Assembly: GCA_002633005.1 (NCBI GenBank) | Contig: NMRA01000046.1 | Location: 998,596 to 1,062,595 of the forward strand | Direction: 5' to 3' | From: Phoronis australis | Lineage: Eukaryota; Animalia; Phoronida | Length of the DNA: 64,000 nucleotides | In this document: in pieces, positions 37,424-51,345 of the stretch | Numbering within the stretch: the stretch's first letter is position 1 | Layout of the letters: each line of letters starts with the position of its first letter | Translations under genes and position numbers: made by a program | Notes under the pieces: model-generated | The model's database searches: none | Told to the model about the DNA's origin: nothing | What the model saw: the letters and a program-made list of their open reading frames with translations, nothing else

Positions 37424-39529
37424 AAACAGTTTCACACAATAAAAATTTTCAAAATGTCCACAGATAATAGCTGCATTGTGTTCATGTTCTGTTATTTCTT
37501 GTTTTGAAAATTAAAAGCACTTGGTTTGGTGTCATACTGGCTTCTAATCCTCATGACCATAAATCATAGATCCACTTGCTCAAGTTTTCTGAACTGACAA
37601 ATAAAACTAAATAACTGGATGATACACAACTTGCACCAATAATAAATAATTTCTTAATTATTCTGTTTATCACTATTGTGAACTTCATTCATAAACTGGG
37701 CAACAGAGGGCACTGCATGCAACATGAACTGACATGCATTCTGTAGAGCCAAGAACCTAGAAAAACCCTAGAAAATGCAAGAATTTGCAAGATACTGCCA
37801 TGTATTACAAGCAAAGCATATGATCACGCTGACTATGGGGGTACAACTGTAATCTTCGTCAAAAAATATCCAGTTTGGGAATGTGGAAACATAATTATTT
37901 TGCTGAAGGTTGAAGCTTGTATCAAATTTTAGAAATAAGCAATACTGGCTGTCCCAAATTCAAGAATCGTGATCAACAACATAGGAGTGTTCACCTTCAT
38001 GATTTTATAAACTGACAAATCTATTGACAGATTCTGTTTTTCAAAATGCTACCAGTATGTACCAGTGTACGGTGAACACATCCAACCACCTACATCCCAA
38101 TCTTTAGAGTCGAGAAAATTCAAATTCAGCCTCAATTTCAGTGTTTCAAATTTTAGAGACTGTCCAAACTGGCGAATTTTTACTGTAAGTCATGATACAT
38201 AAAAATTTCAAGAATAGCGCTCTTACAAAGAAATTATTAAAACAGCCCTGAAAACAAATGAGAACATCCTATTTGACCTCTATTTCGTAATAGGCCCTTT
38301 TGTCATACCAGGGTAGAAAGCACACAGATTATAGCAGCCTGTGTTGGTAACTCACCAAGCTAAACACAAACACAGTGTCTACACATATCAACAAGAGGGT
38401 GAATAGGCTAGCAACAATTCAATCTTTTCAATGGACTTCAACTGGGAGCCAAAGAAAGACTAGTTCAGCCTAGTTGAACAACTCATGCTCACAATCACAA
38501 TGGTACTTGAATTACTTCCTTAGGCTATATAACCAAGGAGAAAACCAGTACCATACATAGCCTACCAGCTTCAATCTGTTATTCCACTACTAAAGCAAAA
38601 TTAACTGTCAAGAACAGGACTTTGCTCCTAAGGCTTTATATAACTAAAAATAAATAATTAAAAATTGCAAATTGCAGGAGTACTTCCGCAAGAAGCAGCC
38701 TTGAAGTCATCTCTCCATTGCTATGTACATTTTATGGAGGAGGGCAACAAACCCAGTGCGCTTGTCCCATGTCAGCCTTCCTGAACTAATTCAAGAATTA
38801 AAGCTGAATTGGGTATATCTACATTCCAAATGTTATACCCATTTTGGACAACTTACAAACCACTCTTCCTAACCATAATGTCATGATGCTTAAAATACAC
38901 AAATACCAGTATAGTTGAACATGTACAACTCACAACAATCACAACTAGGAAGAATTTAACATTTAAGAAATTGCACTTCGTGGTGTCAGAATTAGTACGC
39001 ATCCCTTAAAATTTACATAATCTTTCAGCTCTAAACCAAAGGAGACAAAACAAATAACTTGGAAAGTATAACTTTGTGAGTTTGTGACAATGTGGATCTA
39101 AACACAAAAAGAGGCCACTTAATGTTAGAGATAATTTAACAATTAACTTGTAAGTATTGCTAATTGTCAGAACAGTAGAACATCTGGCATGAAGCCAAAC
39201 ACAGGGCAGTTATTAGAGAACCAATCCTGAAAGGTCATTATTTCAACAATTATTGATTTATTTCAAACTTCAGTACAAAGCATGTACTTGTGAAATGTAC
39301 ACAGCTGTAAATAAAATAGGAGTGCAATAACTTATTATAACTGGTTTCAGAACAGAACCGTGTTTATTTATTCGATTTCACAAACAGTCCAAATAAAAAT
39401 GACATTTCGTGTTCCACAGAAACTTGAACTTGTAAGATTTGCAGAAAAGTGCCAATTAAGTAGTAAAGCAAGAATTAAGAAAACAAAAACCTTAATTTTC
39501 GTGCATGGTACAATTAAGCTGACATGGAG

Positions 39530-39631
39530 AATGTGACACTATGGTTGGTCAGCAAGAAGTGACACTGTGGTTGACCAGCAGGAAGTGACAGTGTGGTTGA
39601 CCAGCAGGAAGTGACAGTGTGGTTGACCAGC
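39530..39631. repeat. Tandem repeat, 26-bp unit AGGAAGTGACAGTGTGGTTGACCAGC x3-4
   Basis: Visible tandem copies. Confidence 0.9.
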
Positions 39632-41722
39632 ATAATGAGGTATGCAATCTATAGATCTGTTGTATGTGGGTACCTGACTCTTCATCTAACTCACTCAGGA
39701 AACCTGTAGACTTATGCAACTTACTCAGTTAAGAGGAGACCCACTGGCAAAATGAGCAAGTAAAAAAGACATTTAAATTGAGCGAGGTTCATCACATTTT
39801 GATTTTTTATCTTGACGCTGAATTCTACATGACAGCAATTAAACCATTTATTGAGGCATTAACAATAGGCAGTGAATCACTACCAGTTTTTGTTGAGAAA
39901 CATTTTGTCGCTACTACAAGGTAATGCTTTCGAAAGTAAATATGATCAGATACACTATATTACAGCAAAGACTCAACTGAGAAGGATGAACAAATAACTA
40001 AAAGACACTTCTGTAAAACTACTGGGTAGAAATTTTCTACTTTTCCATTGAAAATCTGGTAGTCAGCAAAGTTACCTGGACTTGACACATACAGGTGCAG
40101 GTTACATTTGCAACCTGAAATTCAGAAATTTAACTAACTTACATTAGCCATTGCGTACATGTGTGAGTAGAGAGTTCAAACTAATACAAGTTTTCTCCAC
40201 CAAAGACTTTAAAGTCTATAGCTGACAAAGAGGTAACTGGTGAGAATGACATTATCTTAAAAATACCCTGATCTGACAGAACTTAAGAGTTGCCAAATTA
40301 AAATGCTCACGGAACTCTTGATTCGCTGGCTTCTTCTGTCTTTTTAATACACAATATTCTACGAGCTGGAACTTGTGTGACAAGAATTTCTATAAATGTG
40401 ACCTCGGATTTCAAGCAGGTCGCAAGTGACATGACCTGATGACTTTCAGTTTCATAGTGTCCAGGGCTGGTTGTAACTCTACTCAAAATCAAAATCAACT
40501 GTAATTCTAAGCCCCATAACATCAACTGTGATACTAAGTTCCATGATATCAACAATGTCAAGACCTTGTACAGTAATACTGTAGAGCTGGCAATCATCAA
40601 TTCATATTTATAGTTTCAACTGGTCAGTTATTTCACTATTACAGTTATAGTGAGTGGTCAGTTTCATAATAAGATAAAGAAGAAGTGGATTATTAAGCCA
40701 AAAAAATAACACACGAGTTTCATTCTGACAAAAGTATAAATATTATATATGAAACAAAAAATGCTACTTCATTGTTACCATCATAAATTTAAATCAACAG
40801 AGTAGTTGTATATTATGGCTTCTTGAACCTTTGAGATTAAGTAAAAATACTGAAAGAATTTTGATCAGCGTTTTGCTATAAAGGTGCCTTTTTTAGTAAA
40901 TATTATGAAAACGATGTGGTTGTGCGACCTAGTTAATGGCTGATTAATGTAAAGTAGAGAATGAAAGTTTACATGTTTTTTGCTTTCAGAAACTATATCA
41001 TTTTATATACAGTTAAATATCTATTGGTTTGGAAAGTTGGTGAGTTGGATATTTTCTCATTCTTGACCAAATTTATCATCAATTTCATATTAGATAAATA
41101 CAGTTTAACAGCTGGGAGATGACAGGAGTTCTAACTTCTACCAAATCCTAAACGAAAGCCAAGTTTTTCAATTTTTGAAGAAATTTCGGTCAGTCTCTTA
41201 CCTGTGGAAATGTGATTCAGTGTCCTCTAAACTGTTTAACTGATTCAAATTCAAAATGATTCTGATTCAGAATCTGAGCTTGAAATGTCTCATGTGTGAC
41301 AAGGCATCTTCCAGGTCAGGAGGGTATAAATTTCACCCAAAACCGTTCATTAACCATTGACAGTATTTTTTTCATCCGAAATTACTCTTCCTATTGACAA
41401 CCTGTCTTGTTCTATGATGTCACAGTTTTGGAATTTCATCAAGAAATGTATGTAAAGGCATCCCCTGAAAGTTTCATAGCAATCAACCAACAAATAATGA
41501 TTTTAAAGCATTGTTAATGACTGCACCCTATGTTACACATATCCTCAAAATTTATCTGGCACTGGGAAATGCAGCAAGATCTAAAAAACAAGTCATTAGT
41601 TCAGTTATGTTCATTCAATATGCAAGTGAAGACTCCCTTGACCAAAGGTTGAGTCTACAACAGCAATGTTGTATAATCTACAACAGATAGCATTAAAAAA
41701 TAATAGATATCACTCAACTCAC

Positions 41723-42035
41723 CTAACTCTACGTTTGACAGCAATAGATGTGGGCATCTCTCGTATCGCTTGTAATTTCTTGAAATGTACATTCTCATCA
41801 TCTTCTTCTCCAAACTCTGCCATGCTACCATAATTGTGAAGCTCTATGTCACTCACAGACGAGGTTGCCAATGTCCTGGCCTCCGTGTGACTAAATCCAA
41901 TTTTGTTGTTCTTCATCGTTTTTGACCTTTTCATTTTCCTCACCTTTTCCCTTAACTTGGATCGTGAGAGAAGAGTACCCCAGTCAGAACCGTGAGCCTC
42001 TTTACTGGGAAGGTCACGGTCCCCTGCCCCCACGT
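41723..42035 (-). CDS. TMC7-like exon 2 (DVGAGDRDLPSKEAHGSDWGTL...IREMPTSIAVKRRVR)
   Basis: LPS...TL and RE.P.S...KR.R N-terminal TMC features; ttttcag acceptor, gtgag donor. Confidence 0.85.
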
Positions 42036-42492
42036 CTGAAAAATCATTAAATTGCAACATAACTTTAATTCAAACACAGAATAACGTTAGTATGAAGGGT
42101 ACTAAACCCATCCCTCCTGGATAAGAAGTAAGCCCAGACTAACAAGCACACTATAAATATTACCACTTTTCGTGATATCAAATTCCTAGACGACCCCTCA
42201 CTTATTTACTTTTGAGATTATCTTTTTTCTCTACTTTCTAAGAAAATCATAAAAACATTATTTGCATGAGATGTTATCACCAAAATTTAAATTTACCTTG
42301 TCAATAGTGGCAAATGGGAAAATCACTTTGTAATTGATCATGTTCTGAGATAACAAATTTTGGTTGAATACTTCTGCTGTGGAAAAACAGCTTACTAAAC
42401 GAAATATGGAAATCCTTCATTTCACTTCTGCAACAATTTCTTAAAATCCAAGACAGAATTTAGTGGCCAGCTTTGCCCTCCCCCAAAACACC

Positions 42493-42810
42493 CCTGGGGT
42501 ATTCTCCCGAAAAAATAGGTACAGGAAGTCCTGCATGAGATAAAAATAGGCCCATTTCAATGCATAGTCTACAAATCGTGAAAAAGGCACCTACCATTAT
42601 CAATACCAAAATTCTTAGACCCATTTCAACATATGACTCAAAAAGTAGCCCAGTCTAACAAAAATAGTTCAGAAAAAATGCATGTGGAGTCTCTACTAGA
42701 AAAGGAGAGAAAACAACTTCGGCACAACACATCTTTTGTAAAAAGAACCACCTTAGCGATACCTCTATTAAATTCATTGACCCAAGCATAGGTATAGCCG
42801 GAGTTGGGGG
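42493..42810. mobile_element. Degenerate CACTA/EnSpm-like non-autonomous element
   Basis: CCCTGGGGTATTCTCC start and ...GGAGTTGGGGG end resemble CCC(G)GGGGTACTC termini; decayed. Confidence 0.3.
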
Positions 42811-43735
42811 CACTCAGTTTTTAGGGTAGGGGGTCAAAGGGGATTATCAGGGCTTCCAAATTAGGGGTGATTTTTATATCTGCTGTAAGAGAAAAACGTG
42901 ACCTCTGTTTATACCTGGATATAGAATTGTGTCTTGTAGAAAAACTACATAAAAATATATATATATTATTCATCTGGAAAACCTACAAAAATTATACCCT
43001 ATCCAGACTAGCCATTTTTAAAATCACCCCAGTATTCATACTGTGCAGAGAATGCTTAGACCAAAGTACAACAATAGTGATCTAACCCATTATTAAACTC
43101 ACTTAATCTCAACTGACTCCCCAAATTTATAACAAAATGGTGATATTTCAACCCAAGTCTATAAACAAAGTGTGAAAATGGCAACTTAACACCACTTTTC
43201 ACTATCAACACTAAATTTATAGGAACAGGAGTTTATTTGAGGGTTTTTTTCCTAAGATACTGAAGGGTGTAATATATGTTACTGAAATGGTTATGGCCTA
43301 ACGCTGATTTAGGTGTCAATATGGCTCTATTAATAGTATTTTGTCACGTCGATTTTTAATTGGTTTAATTTATACTAAGAGTGAAACTTGAGTTGTTACC
43401 ATTGATGCACAATAACCGCGCTATCTTTCATATTCACGTCAGCGTAAGCTTGCTTCAACTGCTTCGCCTCACATCTAAATCAGTAGACGATAGTCGGTGA
43501 ATTTACTGTTTAGAGTTAGAACTCCGTTAGAAACAACCAACTAAAGTCACTAGACAGTCACCAATCGCAAACTCCACACAAAAATTAAATATTAATGTCA
43601 AAAGAGAATTAGACGAGTGTCGGTAGGCTAAGCATGACATCGTTACTAGCCACGTTTACGAGTCTTACGAGTTTCAGGTCATGACTAACTGTAATAGACA
43701 ATGTACAGGCCCACTGATAGGGCTATTCGACTTAC

Positions 43736-43805
43736 CCTGGGTCGTGTCATGATTTATTGCCCTACCCCATCTCACACTTGCTTTTTTGACACTCATCTCA
43801 CTCAT
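43736..43805 (-). CDS. TMC7-like first coding exon (MSEMSVKKASVRWGRAINHDTTQ)
   Basis: ATG at 43805, strong CAGG|GTAAGT donor; phase 1 matches exon 2; CpG-richer context. Confidence 0.6.
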
Positions 43806-46800
43806 GACAGATTACAGGTGAGGCGATAAACTGTCCCCTAAACTCTTAGTAATAGGCCTATAACCGAAACGACCACTAAGTAACAAGAGGGATACCTTCT
43901 GTAAACATTCGACCACAAACGGGAACCAAATATTGTCAGCGCGCCGCTGTGGCGATGATACGAACCACTTTCTCTCCAGGAAGGCGCAGGGCTAGGAAAA
44001 CAAGAAAACCGTGCCACCCCCATTCAAAAAACTTGAAAAGGTTAGGACTTATCTTTGAGCATAGATCGAGTATCTGTGCTTTGAAGTATGGTCGGTTGGT
44101 ATTTTGTTTAATTAGCATTAGTGAATTAATATTTCGTATACAAGAGAACTTTTAAAGATGGCACAATAAATCTCATTACCGCCCTGCCGCAAAAGTTAGG
44201 TTTGTGCCTGGGTCGGGATACTCAACAGTTTTCTATCGTAAATTGCGTTTACCCATCATTTAACATTTTTAACCCGAAAAATACTTATCTATTGCTTTCA
44301 AATTCTATTTACAGTCCTTTTGGTTTATATTATTTTAAATATGTCAAACTTTTGTAAAATATGACACTCTTCTACAGCGTTCTGCTACAAAAATGGGCTC
44401 TTATAGAATATCAGCCTAACAAGCCAATTCAAAAAGACTCCCATCCCAGCCGATCGTCCACTATATGGCACCTAAGCATGTACTGTCTTGGTTCCAAAAC
44501 GTAGTTATTTCAAAAGCATAAGATAATTATACTAAGTCCACTTTCTATCATGTTTATCATGGAGATAACTGCTACATTCTACTGTTGAACTGGTAGTATT
44601 AATCATCGATAACCCTTTTACTCACTTAATGGTATGACTTTGGTCTTTTTCCCCATTTTATTTGAATACGTCTCAGATACCGTAACAACATGCACGAGTA
44701 TGAAACGTTGCACAACACGTGTGGTATCATTTTACTTTTCGAAATTGTCTGGAAATAAAAACCGCCAGTTATGGTGTTTTCAAAAGTCGTGAAACCATAG
44801 ATATCCGATACTCTGTTATAACCTATGGTGAAACTCAACTTTTGTTGTCCAATATGAAGCTCGGACGGATGATGGGTCCATCCGATGTAAGCACGGGCGA
44901 GAGACGCTATTGTGGTGGAAAAGAAAGAATACGTTGCTGAATATCATTGTCGTGTTGCTTATCGAAGGCTATTATTTTATTCAGTTCCCGTCGCAATACG
45001 AAAAAAAAACCCAGAAAATCAATTCAGTAATCCTGGACATGAATGGTTCTTCCCTCAATACAATTGCTGCGGTTTTGCTAAACAATGACCATTTCAAAAT
45101 ATGCCATTCACGGCCGCAAGTTGTATTGTCCGTCGGGCCAATAAGTTGAGCAATGACTTTTCTATCATAGTCCTTCCTATTTTGGAGTCCGCCTTTTCAA
45201 TCAACAGTTCGAGCTTTATATTGGAAAATGAAGCCTGAAACTTGAATGGAAGAAGTCTGTCCAAATGTGTGATTTTGAGAGACACGGACGTCAAAAAGAA
45301 CGCGCCGTTACCTGCCTTAGGCATATGAATAAAAGATAAAAACAGCCAAAATAAAGTTGAAACTTTTTTATCCATTGCGACCCCTAGGTTTGAAAGTCCC
45401 CTGCAACGAACAAACTTTTTATCAGTCGAGGTGCCTACCAGCCCCTGGACAAACCGACTTGGTATGTGTTTGCTCCTGGTGGGAAAATCGATACTTTACA
45501 TCCCACAAGTTTTTCTTTCATTCTTATGAGATTTTGTCAAGTGGCAACTTCATCGGCTTCCCTGTCGTTCCAATATAGCTCAGCAAACTCTATCTCCGGA
45601 GTTTTCTCCTTAGTAGCTTCTACACCAATCTCCATGAACAGGCCTGTCAGGGGTAAACCAAGGACGTCTTTCCACAGAACTAAATACGTGGAGATGATTC
45701 CAGTAATTGACCTTAGTAGGTGGCCAATACTGATTGTGGCAGCCTAATTCGACTTGTAATCAATAAAAAAAACTTTGACTGTGAGTTCTTTGGTCCAGAA
45801 TAACCATACCACGAACGTTGATTGATATCTACAGATAGGAGACTATAAGTGGGCTGCTTCAGTGACTTAAAAAATAAAAATAAGCAGTGCAGCATCCTGG
45901 AAAAATAAACTAGATATCAGCTTAAATTTGCCTTCCATCATAAACACTAACGTTCGATTTAGCTAGACTAGCCTACGTTATAACGTTGGTCACAGTTTGA
46001 TGATTTCAGGAGCTGGACTCAGGCATTTCGTTATTACTTGAGACTAGACGCTTCATGTCGGCTAGTTGAGCTGTGTCATTTTAGGAAGGATTAACAAATG
46101 TGCCAATTCTTTTTAGTTCTCATCTGAGTAAGAAACCGTGTTGAGACCAATTTTGTTGCGGTAAGGGGTCTTAATCTAAAGTTCACTTCTCTGACGCCTA
46201 TTAAAACGCAAGCTTTTTATCGTAAAGATTAGTGTCGGGTGTTAAAACGAACAGTACAGTAATAATAAATGACAAGAAAATAGCAAAGAACCTGAAATAT
46301 TACAATCCTTAACAGAAAATGCTGAACTGTTAAATCTGAAGTACACTGATGTTGAAAACAAACCTTGAATTGTCAAATATATCCGAAGGTTCTCAGGGAA
46401 CTCTTCTGTTTTCCACGTCAGCCTGCTTTCCCTTTAGCGGTACCCTCGTTTTCTCGTTCAGTTTGACCGTCCCCAATACACTATGTAATAATGCTACGTT
46501 GAGACTAGGGGCCGTTTATTTCTGTCAACAGCACAGTAAGCCGCATCCAGTGACTTACAAAACAACATAATGTGTGCTTGATCATGCGGACTGACTAATT
46601 TGACTGACAGCTGGGAGACACCGACGTAATATTTCTAAGGGTTTGGCGATATTGATCGTGATTCGCTGTATTCAGACGAAACCAGTTGAAAAGTCCGAGG
46701 CCCATTAATGGTAATTCAACGAGGTCGGATGACAATCATCAGATCAAACAACTTGGTTCGAGACTACCCTCAATAAAATCTGCATATTTGGAAGGTTCCG

Positions 46801-46879
46801 TGGGTTACAACGTTCTATGAGCCAATTTTAAATTGAAAATTAAGAAAGACGAACCCACCTGCTGGAGTTATGGTACTCA

Positions 46880-47000
46880 TTGATCCTCGACACCCATGAA
46901 ATGGTGGAAATATAATGTGCGTGTTTCCTGGTTTGAGACAAGAGCCCCAAAATCTTGACAATCTCCGACCAACCACATTGCTCAGTACACGCCAACTCAA
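46880..47000 (+). mobile_element. Possible hAT transposase C-terminal dimerisation-domain remnant
   Basis: Frameshifted PMKWWKYN..VFPGL resembles P..WWK.N...FP.L. Confidence 0.3.
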
Positions 47001-47775
47001 CCATGAACCTTTGTATCGATTGTATATAAGAGTTCGCTATTTATTAGAATGGTTTAGTACGCTATTGATGTTTCAATGGTCAATTGCCTGGATTGCTGCT
47101 ATCAAATGCACTTACGAATAACCATTATGAATAATAAAATCATAAAGCAAACAGCATCAAAAATCAAAAGCACTTCCGAGTTGTAAAACGACTAGACACG
47201 TATGAAACGAGTATTTTCTTGCCACTAAAGCCGCGTAGTGATGTCTTGATGTTCTTACGTTTGACCAACCCATGTGCTCAAAAATTCAAGTACGACCAAA
47301 AACCATAAATAATTCTGATCTGTACCCGACTCATTGAAACTTGCGCATTCGAAGTTGACGTCATCGGACATATGATGATACTGGGATGACTTTATCTTTT
47401 TTAAACGGATAATGATGTCAATGATGGTGACAACAACGAGGACGACGCCGATGATGATGAGCTGTTTCTGGTAGTTCGTTATTCCACGAGATCACACTCG
47501 GCACAGACCAGCCGTGACATGGCATCTGACGAACCGGGTTCAAAGCCCAGGTACCATCTCTAGGTTGTGTTGGCAGCAGCAACTTAGTCGATACCAACTT
47601 CATTACTGGAAGTCAGGATCTAAATGATAAGTAGGTGTTTTTTAAGAAAAAGATTTTGCAATATATTATCCAGATTTCAACCATCTGAAATTTTGTTTAA
47701 TGTGTTCTACTTCGGGAATGATGGTAAATTTAGAAGAATGTACATAATTTGTTTAAAACTAACACCCATTCAGGA

Positions 47776-48021
47776 AATATCTAATATATCTAATATATAT
47801 ATCTAATATCTAGTGTATCTAATATATATATCTAATATCTAGTGTATCTAATATATATATCTAATATCTAGTGTATCTAATATATATATCTAATATCTAA
47901 TATATCTAATATATATATCTAATATCTAGTGTATCTAATATATATATCTAATATCTAATATATCTAATATATATATCTAATATCTAGTGTACCTAATATA
48001 TATATCTAATATCTAGTGTAC
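47776..48021. repeat. AT-rich compound minisatellite (TATCTAATATATATATCTAATATCTAGTG)n
   Basis: About 8 copies. Confidence 0.95.
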
Positions 48022-48558
48022 CAAAGCAAATGACACTTCTCACGACTCGTTGCTTAGTTGCCCAACTTTTCTAAAACTCATAACGCCATAGTTTGGAAAA
48101 ACTCTTTAAATACAGGATTCACAAGTAGATCAACATATATACTTTACGCTTAATATATTTTGGGCACAATAATTATTTTTTTGCTGAAAATGTTTCGTTT
48201 TTACAATTGAAGAGATACAACAACAACAACAAAACAACAAAACGACAACGACGACGATAACAAAAACGTACAGTGCTTTAATACCAGTAGCCTTTTCTGA
48301 CATGTATGCCGAATACCACTTTTGGGCCAGTTTTTGTTAAAAGATGAATTAAGTGTCATAAATTCTATAGTGAAAATATTTCGACACGACAGAATGCTAG
48401 TCAAGCATTTTAAAGAGGAAACAAGAAGAATAATTCATTTAAAACAGCGTCTCGGACTAGATCAAGGGGGACTTCAAATGGTTAATATACATACTTTCAG
48501 CAAACCTTTAAAATTCGCCATGGCCCGTGCATATCTTGAAAGCGCTGCGTCTAAAAGT

Positions 48559-48645
48559 GGTCAATTACTGTACTCACTCTTGGTCAATTACTGTACTCTC
48601 TCTTGGTCAATTACTGTACTCACTCTTGGTCAATTACTGTACTTA
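48559..48645. repeat. Tandem repeat, 23-bp unit GGTCAATTACTGTACTCACTCTT, about 3.7 copies
   Basis: Visible tandem copies. Confidence 0.92.
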
Positions 48646-48689
48646 CTCTACCCATTCTTTAAAGAATTAAGTCGAAGTTAACTCTAATT

Positions 48690-49706
48690 AATAATTCCAA
48701 CTGGCGCGACGTATTTGGGAGTATGACAAATTTCTATAAGTAAATAATTGTTGCGAGTAAAGAAAACTTTTTGAATCAACCTTTGTGGTTTAATAGTAAC
48801 TTGGGGATCGGAGGCACAAGTGTTTTTATAAGTCTTGGTTTATAAAAGGCTTAAGATTTATCAGAGATATGTATACCTCTGATGGCGATTTCGTTAGTTT
48901 AGACCATATGATAACTGGGTTCGACGTAAAAAGCAGCTTTGTAGAACATAATGGGGTTGTTTCTATTCTAAGAAAGTTTCAAAAAGTCTATTTCAAAGCA
49001 AATTTAAAAGTGTTAATGTCTATTCTCCTTGCATGCATTTAGCAATTACTCACTTACGGAAAGATGTGCCGAAGGGTTGTATACATATTTGTTCTATCTT
49101 TAACGACATTAAGAAACCTTCCAAGTCAGAGTGTAAATGGGAAATAGAGTTAAAAGATAGTTTAGATTGGAAGAAAATATACGCATTGCCTTATGAAATT
49201 ACAAAAGATGAAAACATTAGATTGTTCCAATTTCGAATATTACACACGATTATTGCAACAAGACTTTTGGAAGCAAAACTACTTCAAACGTGTCTCATTG
49301 AGCTTCCCAACTGTCTCTCTTACAAACGTGTTATTCTTGGACTTTATGAGACACACGATTTTCTATTTAACATTTTACTATTACTAGCCAAACATTACAT
49401 TTACAAGGAGAGATATCACAAAAATAAACCTAATATCAGGAAGAGATGGTAATCTTCACAAGTTTGTTACATATACGTATGAATAATATAATGCTGAAAA
49501 ATTAATTGCATATAAAAATTTTGTATGTGACAGCTTCTCTAAAAAATGGAAGAAATTTATTGTTCACGTTAACTACATGTAGCAATTGTTTACTTTATAC
49601 ACGAAACGAGAATGGTCCCTCCTCAGGTGTGCATGTGTGAATGAAAGTATGTACTTATTTGTTTCTTTGTTTTTGTAATCGTACTGATAATAAATATCTG
49701 AAAAAA
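48690..49706 (+). mobile_element. 5'-truncated, decayed L1/Tx1-clade LINE (ORF2 C-terminus, 3' UTR, A-tail)
   Basis: Peptides LNQPLWFNSNL, KWEIELK...DWKKIY, FQFRILH.IIAT, NILLLLAKHYIYK, EK.IA...F.KKW; AATAAA plus A-run at 49689-49706. Confidence 0.85.
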
Positions 49707-50729
49707 CGACTCAGGATTGCTTGACATTTTTTTGAAAAATGAAATCTAAAACAACATCAAACAAAATCTGCGTAATATAAAGATGGTTTACATGGAAATG
49801 TAGCTCCCCATTCCAACTAGCTACGCGGAAGACTATAATTAAGTAATCGATTACAAATAAACTTTTGACACAGAACACACTCAAACATTTTTAAAGTTCT
49901 AGTGGTGCGAATGCTTTTGTATACGTCACACAAAAATGTTCCACTGTAGTCCCTTTCGCCGCCATGTTGATAGCCATCCTTAAAATTTGTTTAATTTTAA
50001 AACTGGTCTGTACGTCTACACTGCACTTTCAGCAAGAGACGTTTAACAGTGTTGCCTGGCAACAATGCGCAGGAGAAACACGTTGGTGTACTAATGCTCT
50101 AAAGCAAAAACTATTTTAAAACAATGAAATGTTGACAAATGATTTGCAGAGAAGGCTAGAAAAAGAATAGCTGTCAACGGCAATTTTTAGAATGTTCAGG
50201 GTTATTAGACAACCTGTTCGCAAACCTTTCAAACAGGCTGTGAGATTTTACTAATTAGCACAATTCAAAAACATGGAAGTGTAATACCCATTTCAGACGA
50301 AGGCTTACGATCGAACGATGATTATAGATTACAGGAAATACTATTGGTGCAGTAACTTTCAGAAATAACTTAGCTTGAGGTGTGTCATGTTACGACTGGG
50401 TCACGTTGTTTTGGCATAGTTGATGTCGACAAGATGTATATTTTTTGGAGCGGCATCGCAAACCATTTAAAGATGAAACTGTTCACGTGAAGAGGTCTTA
50501 TAAAGTCTTTGTTAAGCCGAGGGAAGCGTAGAAATAGATTCGTTTATTTTTCATGCACAAAACAGTAAGTGAACTCAACACAATGACGATTTTAAGAAGC
50601 TCTTTACAAGTGAGACTTATCAGCACGTGGATGGGAGTTTAAAAACTCCTAAGTCTGATAAGAAGCTCCGCACAGCAAAAAGTACGGCATCAGTGTTTCA
50701 TTTTTTATTTGTCAACAATATGCAAAGAG

Positions 50730-50952
50730 TCTTTTTATCATACTTCGTGTATTTGACAACGAACAATCTCCACTAAAATTTTAGAAAGACAAGACAACAA
50801 GACACTGCTGTAGGCCTCATGACAAGTATTCAGACACTGTTTCATATTTCTTCAATAATGACGTGACAGGCGCTATTCCAGCAGGTGTAGCAGTTTGAAA
50901 TGCCGTGCCCAGGACACGTGCCAACATTGAAACTCACGGGTATGGTACCAGC
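50730..50952 (-). pseudogene. Second, interrupted copy of the CTHRC1-like last exon and 3' UTR (probable alternate haplotype)
   Basis: Nearly identical to 51234-51456 but diverges at 50953 into unrelated THAP-bearing sequence; N at 51233. Confidence 0.75.
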
Positions 50953-51232
50953 AAGGAGTGTAGTAGTATAGGAGAGTTCACTTGTGAGTTCGCTGTTACC
51001 GCTACTACTAGCGCCGCCAAGTGGTGAACAAGCTACGGTCAACCAGGAAGCGCCAAAACATTGGGGACGGACGCATTTTGCAGTGCGATAAATTGCATGA
51101 ATTCATCCACGAAAACCCCAGACGTGTCATTTTGTAGGTTTCCTAAGGATCCAGAAAGGTAAGGATTATCTGTTATTCAATAATATGATACATTGTCTTT
51201 CATTTTGTGTGTTCTGTTCACGGTTGTTAGAC
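50953..51232 (+). mobile_element. 5' end of a THAP-domain transposon-like insertion
   Basis: 51061-51158 encodes FCSAINCMNSSTKTPDVSFCRFPKDPER followed by a GTAAGG donor (THAP C-x4-C...F.RFPKD pattern). Confidence 0.7.
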
Positions 51233-51345
51233 NTCTTTTTATCATACTTCGTGTATTTGACAACGAACAATCTCCAAATAAATTTTAGAAAGACAAGACA
51301 ACAAGACACTGCTGTAGGCCTCATGACAAGTATTCAGACACTGTT

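Noticed and set aside
43766-43790. KKASVRW as a PP1-binding RVxF motif in the TMC N-terminus
   Set aside because: The spacing does not fit the strict consensus, and such short motifs occur by chance.
45094-45375. FIHMPKAG resembling a sulfotransferase 5'-PSB motif
   Set aside because: No following (G/S)TS or other sulfotransferase motifs; the preceding codons look like a polypyrimidine tract.
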